A stretch of DNA of 64,000 bases, from sequence record ON210138.1, one strand, 5' to 3'. Each line of letters opens with the position of its first letter. The stretch's first letter is position 1. The position numbers and the translations under genes were made by a program. Positions 8,273 to 18,220 of this stretch are shown here, piece after piece. The DNA is from Escherichia phage EC106. A model generated the notes under the pieces. That model searched no databases and was not told the DNA's origin. It worked only from the letters and a program-made list of their open reading frames with translations.

Positions 8273-9379
8273 TTAAACGTGTGCTGTCTTGGAGATTAAC
8301 TCACCGTGAGAACCAATCACTACACGATACCCACCAGAGCCAGAGTGAGTCTTGATAACTTTACGGTTGCTGTCAACAATCGCAAAAGACTCATAAGCTG
8401 ATACACGCATCTTCATATCGTTGTAATCAGTCGGGACAGATACAACATCTCGTGGGTGGACACGAACTTTCAGGATGGTATCACCTCCAAAACATGATAC
8501 GTACTCCCATGCACCAACATGTAAACCCTGAGAGCAAGTGCGGTTAGGGTCACTGTCAACCATCCAACGAGGCATCTCAACTAGGTTACCCAAATCATTA
8601 GGCACTTTGTGGGTGTGGCTGTCTACCAGAGAACCATCAGCTTTGCTTTGTACCTTTTTCCAGCCGATAATGTAACCTTCTTCATCAATTTCAACATCAA
8701 GGTGAGATATGAAGCCCCAAAGTTGTTCTACAGAACCTTTAGATGGGTTTTCCATCAGTTTTTCGAAGAACATTACAAGTCGTTCAAAACCTTTATCACC
8801 AGTCTTCATCATGTGAAGAATACGGTCAACCAGAGTAGAACGCATCTCAACAGCACCGTAGAATAACTTGTCACCTTTGATTGTGATAGCGCCCTGAGTG
8901 AAGTTTTCGATAGACTTACGAATGTTCATCAGTTCAAAGGCTTTTTTGAACTCACCTTTCACAACATGAACTACAATCTCTTGATAGTTCGGATGAGTAG
9001 ACTCAACAATTTCAGATTCTGAACCATAAGTCATAATTACAGAGTCACCAGTAATCATGTACTCAATCTTGTCATCTTTCTGCATAGCTTCGTGCAGTTT
9101 ATTTACTGGAGCTTTCTGTACAGACTCTTTAACAACCTTTTCAACTGGTTTGCCAGCTTTCTTTTTAAAGGTCTTAGCAACTTGCTTCAAAGTCTTCGTA
9201 GCTGGTGTAGAAGTCACCTTCTTATTTCCTTTTAAGGTTGCTTCATGACGCTCTACAGCACGACCAACTGAACGGGTTGAAGTATTAAATTTCTGTGCAA
9301 TAGCTGTTTTAGTCAGCTTGCCCTCTTTAACCAGTTTGTAAATTTCTGCGTCAATCTGTGATTTAGTTTTAGTAGTCAT
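8273..9379 (-). CDS. rIIB: rIIB-like protein
   Basis: blocks recalled from T4 rIIB: LFY..E.RS.LVDRIL, NPS, CSQGLHVG, KVRVHPRDVVSVPTDYND.KMR. Confidence 0.8.
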   Translation of the reverse strand: MTTKTKSQIDAEIYKLVKEGKLTKTAIAQKFNTSTRSVGRAVERHEATLKGNKKVTSTPATKTLKQVAKTFKKKAGKPVEKVVKESVQKAPVNKLHEAMQKDDKIEYMITGDSVIMTYGSESEIVESTHPNYQEIVVHVVKGEFKKAFELMNIRKSIENFTQGAITIKGDKLFYGAVEMRSTLVDRILHMMKTGDKGFERLVMFFEKLMENPSKGSVEQLWGFISHLDVEIDEEGYIIGWKKVQSKADGSLVDSHTHKVPNDLGNLVEMPRWMVDSDPNRTCSQGLHVGAWEYVSCFGGDTILKVRVHPRDVVSVPTDYNDMKMRVSAYESFAIVDSNRKVIKTHSGSGGYRVVIGSHGELISKTAHV

Positions 9380-9458
9380 CTTATTACTCTCTCTTGTTAG
9401 TTAATAAATCATTTTGTGAGGATATTCTAAGGGGCTTTGAAGCCCCTTGTCAAACACT

Positions 9459-11825
9459 TTAATCGTAAATTGTAGTCCCTTCTGGAACACACTTCACATC
9501 AAAGCCCAAGAACTTACTCACTTCGATGGGTGACACTTTATTCCAATCTAAATGAGAAAGCAAGAAGTTTTCTTGTTTTCTTTTTGAGAAGTAGTTTGTC
9601 ACCTTAATAAACATACGGTCACCAGCTTTCTTAATTTTCTTGTAAAGCTTTGTATCCTTATCAAGACACCTTTTCAAATCTTGCAACACACTAATAGTGT
9701 AAGTGTATGCAAATTGTGCAGCAACGTATTGGATTTTACCGAACATTGCCTCAACAGCATCTTCATTACCTTCTAGGAAGATAGTTTTGTTTGTGTCCCG
9801 TGAATAGCAATAACCATCAGAAATCTTCCTGTTATTGAACGTAAAGTTTCTGGTAATAATCCAACAGCTTGTAAGGTTAAGGACACCACGCATACAGATA
9901 CGTGTCATATACCTGTTATGATTAATCCAATGAACATCAGTTAAGCTGTCGTTCAAGAGCTTCTCATCTACTTCAATCCAGTCTTCTGGTATCTTTTTCC
10001 AATTTGCTTTTCGGAAAACATAGACTGTCTTCCCTATAACATTAGCAACTGACTTAGCTACATCTTCTGGAGATGAGCAAAAACATTCGCCATCAACTGT
10101 GTCACCAACTGCCTTGATGTAAAGCTGAGGTTCTTCAATTGTGTCTAAGTCTTCTGACACCTCTGTGTATGAGGCTACACCTTCTGCTGGAACAGCTTTC
10201 CAGAGTTTTACAACACCCCTTACAGCTTCTTTGTGCTGATAGTGATGTTCCTTATCAGACATTTTCACAATCTTTAACAAGCTTTTATCAAGTTTGTGTA
10301 GGTTGATTAAGTCATCTAGCTCTTTTTCAGTCGAGAATACAAACACAATACCATTATATCTGTGAAACAGACTTGACTCACTGGCGTAATCTCGACATGC
10401 ACCACGCAGAATCTGATTGCGGCCTACAGTCTTCTCAGTACCGTTTTTATTGCGACGGTCGTTTATAACAAACAAAAACTGTTCAATTTGACTTTTACGC
10501 ATTGCGCCAAAGATATTGAACATACTTGCCTCTTGAGTGTAGGAAAGTGATGTTGCACGAATCTTACTCTCTAAAGAGTTGAACTTGACATAAGCAACTG
10601 GATTGTATAGGTAGTCCACTTTAGGAATGTTGTTTCCTTTACTGTCAACCTTAATATTACCTTTGCCGTCACGTTCATAGATGACTGAGCCGTCTTCTGC
10701 GTAGATAATTCCACGACGAATGTTTAACAATTCTTCTTCCAGAGAATCAAGCTTAATGCCTCCCCACTCTAGCTTTGGACACACAACATTAAACATCTCT
10801 CGTGAGTTCAAACGTAACTCAGCATAAGCCTGTGCAGCATCCATGAGTGTAGGTTGGCTGTTAACTTTCTTGATAACATCCTTTGTAATGGCTTCAGTTA
10901 TCTTTTTAGTAGCCTCAATGATAACATTTTTTGTCGTGTCATTCATCTGCAATGCTTCACGAGAAGCTGCAATAGCCACTGAACCAATAGGCATGTAGAT
11001 GTTTACAAGGTCTATGCTCCTACGGAAAAACTCTGGCAAGACTTTGAAGAAATCATCACCAAGTAATGCTTCCATGTTCACTGGGTAGGCAATATTACCC
11101 ATCACCACATTAAACTCTGTCCTGTTACCACTAGAACGCCAGCTTTGCTTATGAATCATGGCATCATAAACACCTTCTTCACGGGCAATGACATTCATAT
11201 CTGCTAACACATCGTCATACTCGATATTACTTTCTGGTTTTACAGCAAAGTATGAGTATACATTACCAGCCTCTTCAAAGAACTTTGAAATACGGTGGTC
11301 AGCAACTGCCACACGTACAGCTAAACCATTAGGTTCTTTTGTTGGGTTAGTGGTCAGCTTAGTTACTTGAGGGATACCATTCTCAAGATAAACAGAGTAC
11401 TTATTAACAACACCATCAACATAGCTAGACACTGTGAATGACTGAGCAATTGCAAATGGGGATTTTGAGCCGATACCCATTGCACCAATGTAATCATTAG
11501 AGTCATTCTTCGTAGAAGCCCCGTAGTTTAGGTACAAACTCATAACTTTATCATGAGTCAATCCAGTTCCAAAATCACGGACTTCAAAGTAAGGCTCAAA
11601 TCGAGTAGGTAAATGTACATGGAACGGGATGTTCTCTTTTCCAGCTTCTTTCTGAGCATCTACTGCATTACATGACAGTTCACGAATCACTGCCCTTTCT
11701 TTAAATGTGTATACACCAGAACTCAGAAGGCTGAACATTTCAGGTGTCATTGTAATCTGTGCTTGAGATGTCTCCAAAGAAGTTGAACTCTTAATCACTT
11801 CTGCGTGGTCATTTACCATGCGCAT
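9459..11825 (-). CDS. rIIA: rIIA-like protein (N-terminal GHKL-type ATPase fold)
   Basis: AVIRELSCNAVDA, RDFGTGL, NDYIGAMGIGSKSPF match the T4 rIIA N-terminal region; 788 aa. Confidence 0.85.
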   Translation of the reverse strand: MRMVNDHAEVIKSSTSLETSQAQITMTPEMFSLLSSGVYTFKERAVIRELSCNAVDAQKEAGKENIPFHVHLPTRFEPYFEVRDFGTGLTHDKVMSLYLNYGASTKNDSNDYIGAMGIGSKSPFAIAQSFTVSSYVDGVVNKYSVYLENGIPQVTKLTTNPTKEPNGLAVRVAVADHRISKFFEEAGNVYSYFAVKPESNIEYDDVLADMNVIAREEGVYDAMIHKQSWRSSGNRTEFNVVMGNIAYPVNMEALLGDDFFKVLPEFFRRSIDLVNIYMPIGSVAIAASREALQMNDTTKNVIIEATKKITEAITKDVIKKVNSQPTLMDAAQAYAELRLNSREMFNVVCPKLEWGGIKLDSLEEELLNIRRGIIYAEDGSVIYERDGKGNIKVDSKGNNIPKVDYLYNPVAYVKFNSLESKIRATSLSYTQEASMFNIFGAMRKSQIEQFLFVINDRRNKNGTEKTVGRNQILRGACRDYASESSLFHRYNGIVFVFSTEKELDDLINLHKLDKSLLKIVKMSDKEHHYQHKEAVRGVVKLWKAVPAEGVASYTEVSEDLDTIEEPQLYIKAVGDTVDGECFCSSPEDVAKSVANVIGKTVYVFRKANWKKIPEDWIEVDEKLLNDSLTDVHWINHNRYMTRICMRGVLNLTSCWIITRNFTFNNRKISDGYCYSRDTNKTIFLEGNEDAVEAMFGKIQYVAAQFAYTYTISVLQDLKRCLDKDTKLYKKIKKAGDRMFIKVTNYFSKRKQENFLLSHLDWNKVSPIEVSKFLGFDVKCVPEGTTIYD

Positions 11826-11853
11826 AATACTTTCCTCTTAGTTTACTGTTAAA

Positions 11854-12030
11854 TTACTTATTAAACATTTTACCAGAACCACCACACATAGGGCAACAAC
11901 CTGCTCCTGTATACCCTTCCCCATTGCAGTAATCACACTTCTTGTGCTCTGCATAGTACTTGCAAAGAAGGTAAACAAAGACTGCTACACTACCAAGTGA
12001 CAGTAAAATTTCTATCCAATACGCTTGCAT
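11854..12030 (-). CDS. small membrane-anchored zinc-ribbon protein (58 aa, below ORF-track cutoff)
   Basis: hand translation MQAYWIEILLSLGSVAVFVYLL...CDYCNGEGYTGAGCCPMCGGSG. Confidence 0.3.
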   Translation of the reverse strand: MQAYWIEILLSLGSVAVFVYLLCKYYAEHKKCDYCNGEGYTGAGCCPMCGGSGKMFNK

Positions 12031-12347
12031 GACTCACCTCTCATATTCTTGTAAAGGATAAAGCTTCTGTCATGGACGATACTTGTAGACACTGCAAAGT
12101 TACTTTCAAGCATCTGTTTGTTTGGATTGTAGAAGCTTTCTTTAAACTCGTCAAGTGCAAATTGGTGATGTTGCGGAAGACCTTTTACACAGACCTTTAT
12201 TGTGATTGCTGCTGCGACCTTGCCAGTCAGTTCTTCTTTAGCTGCTACCAAGATTTTGTTAAGGAACTTATGACCATCTTCAGGCTTCTTGATGTTCTCC
12301 CAACGTTCTTCTAAGACAATGTTGATGTTCATCTCTTTGATTTTCAT
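12012..12347 (-). CDS. hypothetical protein
   Basis: ORF in operon context only. Confidence 0.35.
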   Translation of the reverse strand: MKIKEMNINIVLEERWENIKKPEDGHKFLNKILVAAKEELTGKVAAAITIKVCVKGLPQHHQFALDEFKESFYNPNKQMLESNFAVSTSIVHDRSFILYKNMRGESCKRIG

Positions 12348-12364
12348 AGTTTTCTCCAGAAATT

Positions 12365-12385
12365 AAAAAGGCTCCCGTAGGAGCC
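12365..12385 (-). terminator. rho-independent terminator downstream of the NAMPT-like gene
   Basis: GGCUCC-UACG-GGAGCC + U5 on minus strand. Confidence 0.7.
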
Positions 12386-12400
12386 TCTTATCATATACTT

Positions 12401-14182
12401 TTAAAGCTGCTTGTCAATATTATTTCGAATATCACCAAGAGTTGTGTAGCCGAACTGCTCAGAGTCGCTAAAGACTAAACGTAAAGCACAAGCTGGATGT
12501 TCAAGTGCATCTGCAAAGCTCTGGAACCCATAGCCATCTACAGCTTTCAGATTCTCACCATCCCACATGGGTGCTACACCACCAAAAGCAGACTTCTTAA
12601 CACCACTATCTGTTTTAGGGTCTTTTGCAAGCATAATCTCTTTACCACCAATGCTTGCAAGAGTTGCTTTGACAGCAAATGCAAAGGTGTCACGAGTAAT
12701 GTACTGGTAAGTGTAAGAACCTACACCAAACACTACGTTAGAGCTTGCAAAACCCATTTCATACAAACGCTTCAGGATTTCGTTTGCACGTTCCAACGTG
12801 ATAGAGTCACCATAGATAAGTCCGATATGCTCATCCAGTACCTTAAAACCTTTAGAGTTGATAGTTCCCCCAAAGATGTTGTACAATGTCTTAATAGCTC
12901 CATCAATCTCAGCTACAGGACGTGTTACAACGTTTGCAGAACCAACCATATAAGCATTTTTCAACATCACTGTATCAGCAACTTCGAAGTCTTCTCTGTC
13001 AACAACCATCTCGTAGCCTTCTGACAGTAGCCATCCAGCAATACCATAGTTGATGTCTTCAAGCTTCATGTTTAGAACAGAGTTCAGCATTGTATCACTA
13101 GCTTCCAGCTTGCTAAGATGTTCGTAATAAGCCTTTTTAGCACACTCTAAGTGGATTGCTTTATAACCTGTGACAATATATACAGGGTCTCCAGAGTCAG
13201 GGCGAATTACCAGTTTGCCATCACGTTCCATAATTTCTTTACGGAGTGCTGGTAAGATTTCTGACACAGTTCTCCAGAAGTTATAAGTATCTGAAACAAC
13301 ACTTGCAATACCAGTTGGATAAGTTTCTGTTAAGAAACGACGGAAGGTTTGTAACTCACCTTTAAAGCGTCTTTCTTCTTCAATCAACTCATTACCACCT
13401 TCCCAAGCAATGTTTGCACACATTACAGAGTGCTCAGTGGCTGGTACAGAGCTACCAATATCAGAGATTGGGTAGGACTGTCCATAGATTCGTTTAGCTG
13501 TATATACAGCAGGGAAGCTATCAGTCCCTTTAAAGCTGGTTAAGTGGCCTACAGCGTTAAATGCGTCATCAGTAAAGCCGGACATACCACGCATAGCAAA
13601 GTCATGGCACTGATAAGGTAAATGCAAGTCGTTGTCACAAGTAAGGTCAGCCCACTTCTTACAGATACGTTTGTAGTGCAATGCAATAGTTGCAATGGTA
13701 CAAGCCTTCCAAATCTCAGCAGAGAAAGCATCTTCCAGATACCCCGCTACCCAATGGAAACCTGAAACAGTGTTCTGGAAGACAATCATTGGTACACGCA
13801 TAGGGACAACTGTGCCTTCTTCTACAGCGTATACTTCAACTGGTAGATAACCTAAGTCATGAAGTGCTTCCCAATGCTCTCGACCAATAGCACCTTTACC
13901 CAGAACACCGTTCATGACTTCTAAGATTTCGTCAATTGCTTCTTTTTTATCACGTTCAAAGAAGGTGGCATTCCAATGGTCTATCAAGTAATCTTTAACG
14001 AAACGTTGAATACCAAAAGCTACTACACCATCAATTGCTAAAGGGCTGTTAAACCATTTATCGCTACGTGGTGTCAGGTTCAGCATAAGGTACTGTGTGG
14101 CATCTGGATACTGATATATATGTGATGCCTTGTAAGCATCTGCGTTTAAACCTGCTGGTACTGCATAAAGTGATTTAGTCAT
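12401..14182 (-). CDS. nicotinamide phosphoribosyltransferase (NAMPT/NadV) family protein; candidate NARP1 Namat
   Basis: 593-aa protein read as NAMPT-like by overall resemblance; immediately downstream of the PRPP-synthetase-like gene. Confidence 0.75.
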   Translation of the reverse strand: MTKSLYAVPAGLNADAYKASHIYQYPDATQYLMLNLTPRSDKWFNSPLAIDGVVAFGIQRFVKDYLIDHWNATFFERDKKEAIDEILEVMNGVLGKGAIGREHWEALHDLGYLPVEVYAVEEGTVVPMRVPMIVFQNTVSGFHWVAGYLEDAFSAEIWKACTIATIALHYKRICKKWADLTCDNDLHLPYQCHDFAMRGMSGFTDDAFNAVGHLTSFKGTDSFPAVYTAKRIYGQSYPISDIGSSVPATEHSVMCANIAWEGGNELIEEERRFKGELQTFRRFLTETYPTGIASVVSDTYNFWRTVSEILPALRKEIMERDGKLVIRPDSGDPVYIVTGYKAIHLECAKKAYYEHLSKLEASDTMLNSVLNMKLEDINYGIAGWLLSEGYEMVVDREDFEVADTVMLKNAYMVGSANVVTRPVAEIDGAIKTLYNIFGGTINSKGFKVLDEHIGLIYGDSITLERANEILKRLYEMGFASSNVVFGVGSYTYQYITRDTFAFAVKATLASIGGKEIMLAKDPKTDSGVKKSAFGGVAPMWDGENLKAVDGYGFQSFADALEHPACALRLVFSDSEQFGYTTLGDIRNNIDKQL

Positions 14183-14227
14183 CTTTTAATCTCTCTCAAA
14201 ATGGGGCTTTCAAGCCCCTATAAACTT

Positions 14228-15127
14228 TCAATCAAGGTTTGCTACAGTAACTTGACTATAATGTGTTAAGCTACGGTCTTTAGCTTCCCCTAAAGAGTTT
14301 GTAGTGTAAATGTGGTCAATACCATTGTCAAGAAGGTTTTCAACACCTTTAGAGAAGACACCATGTGTTACATAGAGTTCCACACGTTTTGCACCTGCTT
14401 TACGAAGATGTTTAGCTGCTTCTATGAATGTTCGACCACCATCACAGATATCGTCGAGAATCATAACAGTTTTATCTGTCAAATCAACATCATCAAGGAT
14501 TCGCATACCAGTAATTTCACCAGTCTTAAGGTTACGCACTTTAGACATTGTGATATATGGTTTATCCACCTCTTTAGCAGTCTCTGCAATCTTCTTAGAA
14601 GCACCTGCATCTGGGGCTACTAAGTAATCAACCAGAGGGTCATTCGCATAGTGAACTGCGACTTCCTTTTGAGGAATGCTTTGGAAGCAGTTAAATAGGT
14701 TGTCTGGTACATAACTGTGAGGGTCAACTGCACAGACTGCACCAAACCCCATTGCATTAACCTGTTTAGCAAAAACCTTCAAAGCTGCTGCATCACCTTT
14801 AAACATGTGACGGTCATATCGTGCATTCGGTAAGTAGTAAAAAATGACAGTCTTTAAGGCATATTCATGAGGAACTAAATCATCAATTGCTTCTTTAGCA
14901 AGTGCCACAGCAAACAGTGTGTCTTTGTCATAACCCTTTACAATCATAACCACATTGTTAATAGATGATGCTGCATAAGCAGTGAAATCAACAAGCTCTT
15001 GTGAAAAGTGTCCACCAATCTCACCAGAAGGGAACTGGATGATGTTAAGCTCTTCTTCATGAGACCCTTTTGTCGGTGAATGAATTATAACACGGATAGA
15101 TGTTTTCATAGTTTTACTCTCAATCAA
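14228..15127 (-). CDS. ribose-phosphate pyrophosphokinase (PRPP synthetase) family protein; candidate NARP1 Adps
   Basis: VAPDAGA and ILDDICDGGRT phosphoribosyl-binding motifs, YVTHGVFS. Confidence 0.8.
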   Translation of the reverse strand: MIESKTMKTSIRVIIHSPTKGSHEEELNIIQFPSGEIGGHFSQELVDFTAYAASSINNVVMIVKGYDKDTLFAVALAKEAIDDLVPHEYALKTVIFYYLPNARYDRHMFKGDAAALKVFAKQVNAMGFGAVCAVDPHSYVPDNLFNCFQSIPQKEVAVHYANDPLVDYLVAPDAGASKKIAETAKEVDKPYITMSKVRNLKTGEITGMRILDDVDLTDKTVMILDDICDGGRTFIEAAKHLRKAGAKRVELYVTHGVFSKGVENLLDNGIDHIYTTNSLGEAKDRSLTHYSQVTVANLD

Positions 15128-15398
15128 AAGTTACGAATGTCACAGCCATAGCTGTTTTGCATTTTTGTGGATTCACAATGTGATAGATTACTGAACAGTT
15201 GCCTGTGCTATCTGGTACTGGTTTTGTCCAAGTGTGTTCAACATTTGGTTCACCTAGTTCTTTGTAGAATCCGTTTGTGTGATGGTCAATCATCTCAAGA
15301 GCTAATGGGTCTGGTATATGGCCACGAATCATATACATCTCACAACCATTTCCAGCATCACTTATTAGGTCTTTTATTTCCCAATCTGCTTTAGCCAT
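15120..15398 (-). CDS. hypothetical protein
   Basis: ORF in operon context only. Confidence 0.35.
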   Translation of the reverse strand: MAKADWEIKDLISDAGNGCEMYMIRGHIPDPLALEMIDHHTNGFYKELGEPNVEHTWTKPVPDSTGNCSVIYHIVNPQKCKTAMAVTFVTFD

Positions 15399-15906
15399 TG
15401 TAAGTTGCCCTATAAACTGTCTCGAACTTCAACAGGAGAGATATTGCCAAATCTGTATAGTTGTTGTCAAGCACATCTGGCATATTATTTTTGATATATT
15501 TCTCTTGCTCTTCATAGGTCATCTTAGAGGTGCTTAAAAGACTATCTCCTTGCTTCTGATTATCAAGTTTAGTCTGGATAAACCAGTTTGCACAGTGATG
15601 CTCACCACCCTTTGTAACAGGTTTGTGGTGGCCTAATGTGAAGGATTGACTACCTGTGTATCTGCAAAGTTTATTGAGTACTGTAATGGTGTTCTTCACA
15701 ACAAAACATTCATACAGGTTGTCTATGGTGTAGTATGGGTAATATCGGAATAATGCTCTTTCACGAGTACTCTCACGATTCCAGAGAATCATGTGATTGG
15801 AGTTGGAAGGGTCATATTGGTGGGAGTCAATGAACTCTTGACGTTCCTCAAAGCTGAGTCTTAGAACTGACATTGCAGCCGAACGTTTCAGGTTTGACAG
15901 GTACAT
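15391..15906 (-). CDS. hypothetical protein
   Basis: ORF in operon context only. Confidence 0.4.
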   Translation of the reverse strand: MYLSNLKRSAAMSVLRLSFEERQEFIDSHQYDPSNSNHMILWNRESTRERALFRYYPYYTIDNLYECFVVKNTITVLNKLCRYTGSQSFTLGHHKPVTKGGEHHCANWFIQTKLDNQKQGDSLLSTSKMTYEEQEKYIKNNMPDVLDNNYTDLAISLLLKFETVYRATYNG

Positions 15907-15960
15907 AGTATCTCCATAAAAATAAAAAGGGAACCTTTACAGTCCCCTTATAGTATCTGT

Positions 15961-16281
15961 TTACTGAGCTACTTTCAAGATGCTTGTGAATGAGATTTCA
16001 CTCTCATCCATAAACTCTTTTGCTTCTCCAGTAACTTTCACAAAGTTATCTAGGCAGATAATCTTCTTATCTTTCTTACTGTAGGTTAGCTTAACCTTTT
16101 CAATATCTTTCTTAGAGCTTTTCTCTTCATTGAAGAGTTTTACAGCCTCTTTGAATGGTAGATATGAGCCGTCATTATCACTAATGAATCCTGTACCACA
16201 ATAGTAGTAGTTATACTCTTTAGCCATAAACTGGCACAGTACGAAAATCTGTAATTTACGAGTGTTATAAACTTTGCTCAT
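15961..16281 (-). CDS. hypothetical protein
   Basis: ORF in operon context only. Confidence 0.35.
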   Translation of the reverse strand: MSKVYNTRKLQIFVLCQFMAKEYNYYYCGTGFISDNDGSYLPFKEAVKLFNEEKSSKKDIEKVKLTYSKKDKKIICLDNFVKVTGEAKEFMDESEISFTSILKVAQ

Positions 16282-16283
16282 GA

Positions 16284-16550
16284 TTATTTAGCCTTCTTGT
16301 TACGTTTACGGTTACTAGCTTTTTTAGCTGCACGTTTAATTGCTGCTGCACCAGTTGGTCGATGTGCTTGTTTTTTACCACCTTTACCACGTCCAACGTG
16401 GATGTAAGGCTGCTGTTCAATTTGGCTTGCAAGAACCTGTGCAATTGCTGAAGCATCTACACCAACCTGCTTCCCAGTCATAGCAATGATTGCTGCTGCT
16501 TTTGCCAGTGCCTTCAAAAAGCCAGCTTTCATATTACCTAAAATTCCCAT
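16284..16550 (-). CDS. small basic protein with Lys/Arg-rich tail (possible nucleic-acid binding)
   Basis: GRGKGGKK and KRAAKKASNRKRNKKAK C-terminus. Confidence 0.35.
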   Translation of the reverse strand: MGILGNMKAGFLKALAKAAAIIAMTGKQVGVDASAIAQVLASQIEQQPYIHVGRGKGGKKQAHRPTGAAAIKRAAKKASNRKRNKKAK

Positions 16551-16565
16551 TTTTAGTCTCTCTCA

Positions 16566-16922
16566 TTAAAGTTTAATACAGAACTTATGAAGTTCTTCTT
16601 CAGTGATACCGATTGGAGTTATACCTTCTCTGATGTTTTGAATCCTGTAGAAGTCTCCAAACTTATCTGACTCGTTTATGACAAAGGTAACGTTCTTCAC
16701 CATCGTTGCAAGAGCACATAATGAACGTTCACCAAATTTTTCTATTGTGTAAATCATCCAAGCATCTAACTTATTGATGTCGTAAATCCACTTGCCAGAA
16801 TAATCATTCTGCTCGCCATTGACAATCACCTTGCCATCCATACTCTTTTCTCCAGAGGTTTTGGTTATCAGAACCACGATATGGTTTAACTGTTGGTTTA
16901 GAAGAATCATACTTACCATCAA
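16566..16922 (-). CDS. hypothetical protein (true start probably at an internal Met)
   Basis: ORF overlaps the 3' end of nrdG; internal MDGK start would shorten overlap. Confidence 0.3.
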   Translation of the reverse strand: MMVSMILLNQQLNHIVVLITKTSGEKSMDGKVIVNGEQNDYSGKWIYDINKLDAWMIYTIEKFGERSLCALATMVKNVTFVINESDKFGDFYRIQNIREGITPIGITEEELHKFCIKL

Positions 16923-17289
16923 TCACCACGTCAACATATTTCATCACATCTAGGTGAATTTTTTCATGTAACTGAAAACCTGTCCAGAGCCAGATAGATT
17001 TTTCTGGGTAAATAGTTTTAATACGTTTACATATATTGGTAACCTCTTGAATATTTCTATCATCCAGAGGTTCTCCACCAAGTATTGACAAACCACTGAC
17101 AGCATTATCACCCATTAGTTGGATGATTCCATAGAGGTTTGCATAAGTAAACTCTTTACCAGCATTAAACTTCCAAGACTCCCTGTTAAAGCAGCCTTCA
17201 CAGTGATGCTTACAACCAGCTACGAAGAGGCTTACACGAACCCCTTCACCATTAGCTGTATCGAATGGTCTAATCTCCATGTAATTCAT
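16804..17289 (-). CDS. nrdG: anaerobic ribonucleotide reductase activating protein
   Basis: radical-SAM CKHHCEGC cluster; C-terminus DGKY...RGSDNQNLW as in T4 NrdG. Confidence 0.85.
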   Translation of the reverse strand: MNYMEIRPFDTANGEGVRVSLFVAGCKHHCEGCFNRESWKFNAGKEFTYANLYGIIQLMGDNAVSGLSILGGEPLDDRNIQEVTNICKRIKTIYPEKSIWLWTGFQLHEKIHLDVMKYVDVVIDGKYDSSKPTVKPYRGSDNQNLWRKEYGWQGDCQWRAE

Positions 17290-17353
17290 CTAGTTACCTC
17301 ACCAATAAAAAGGTGATGTAAGCCTATCAAGACCCACATCACCTTGTCAAGTT

Positions 17354-18220
17354 TTACATAGAAACCCTATCCTTAATTTCTGCCATCTTAGCGTCATTCA
17401 TTCGAGACTGACCTTTAATTTTTGTGAATGACAAGTACCCGCACACCCTGTTAATCACAGAGATATCGTGTGAATGGCAAACCTCACACTCTTCAACATC
17501 AGCCTTTGGTCTGTTACCACAATGTTCACAGATTGCTAAGTCAAAGTTAAGTCCCTGATAAAAACCTTTCAACATGCCTCTTGTAATGCAACTTTTAAGT
17601 GCTGGTAAGTTTTCTGGGTTAGCTACCCTTACATACTGGATTCTGCCACCTCTACAGATATGGAAGAATGGCTCTTCTAAGTCCTGCTTCTCAAATGGTG
17701 AGATGTCTGCTGCAACATTCATATGGAAACTGTTTGTAAAGTATTCCTTGTCAGAAACACCTTTGATAACACCAAACATTTCTCTGAACTGTTTTAGCTG
17801 AGTTCCACAAAGTGATTCTGCTGGAGTACCATAGACGGCATATAAGAAGCCATCTTCATTTTTAAACTCTTCAGTTTTCATGTTGATGTATGCCAGAACA
17901 TTGTATGCAAAACTACAGCTTCCAACTTCATGAAGTCGTTTACCTTCAGCAAGAACAGATAGCTCATCAAGCGCAGTAACACCAAAAGAAGCTGTGAAGG
18001 ACTTCACAATATCCCAACCAACCTTGTCAGTAGGCTTCTTAGTTCCTTTGTACAGACCACCTTGTGTAAACGCAAGAGGGTTAGAACTTGCTGGCATATT
18101 AGCAATCATTTCGTAACGTTTCTTGTGGAAGCTGCGAATCATCTCTAGGTACTTATCAAGTTCTTTCCAGAAATCTAAACCATTCTCTTTAGAATACTGG
18201 TAAATCATTGGTAAGTTCAA
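17354..18220 (-). CDS. nrdD: anaerobic ribonucleotide reductase, C-terminal exon
   Basis: glycyl-radical motif RVCGYLS and zinc ribbon CEHCG...CEVCH; frame stays open upstream of the annotated start to about 18322. Confidence 0.8.
   Translation of the reverse strand: MNLPMIYQYSKENGLDFWKELDKYLEMIRSFHKKRYEMIANMPASSNPLAFTQGGLYKGTKKPTDKVGWDIVKSFTASFGVTALDELSVLAEGKRLHEVGSCSFAYNVLAYINMKTEEFKNEDGFLYAVYGTPAESLCGTQLKQFREMFGVIKGVSDKEYFTNSFHMNVAADISPFEKQDLEEPFFHICRGGRIQYVRVANPENLPALKSCITRGMLKGFYQGLNFDLAICEHCGNRPKADVEECEVCHSHDISVINRVCGYLSFTKIKGQSRMNDAKMAEIKDRVSM

Noticed and set aside
16566-17289. Possible frameshift joining nrdG to the overlapping downstream ORF
   Set aside because: The nrdG ORF already ends with the expected C-terminal block (DGKY...RGSDNQNLW), so it is complete; the overlap is better explained by a later start of the downstream gene.
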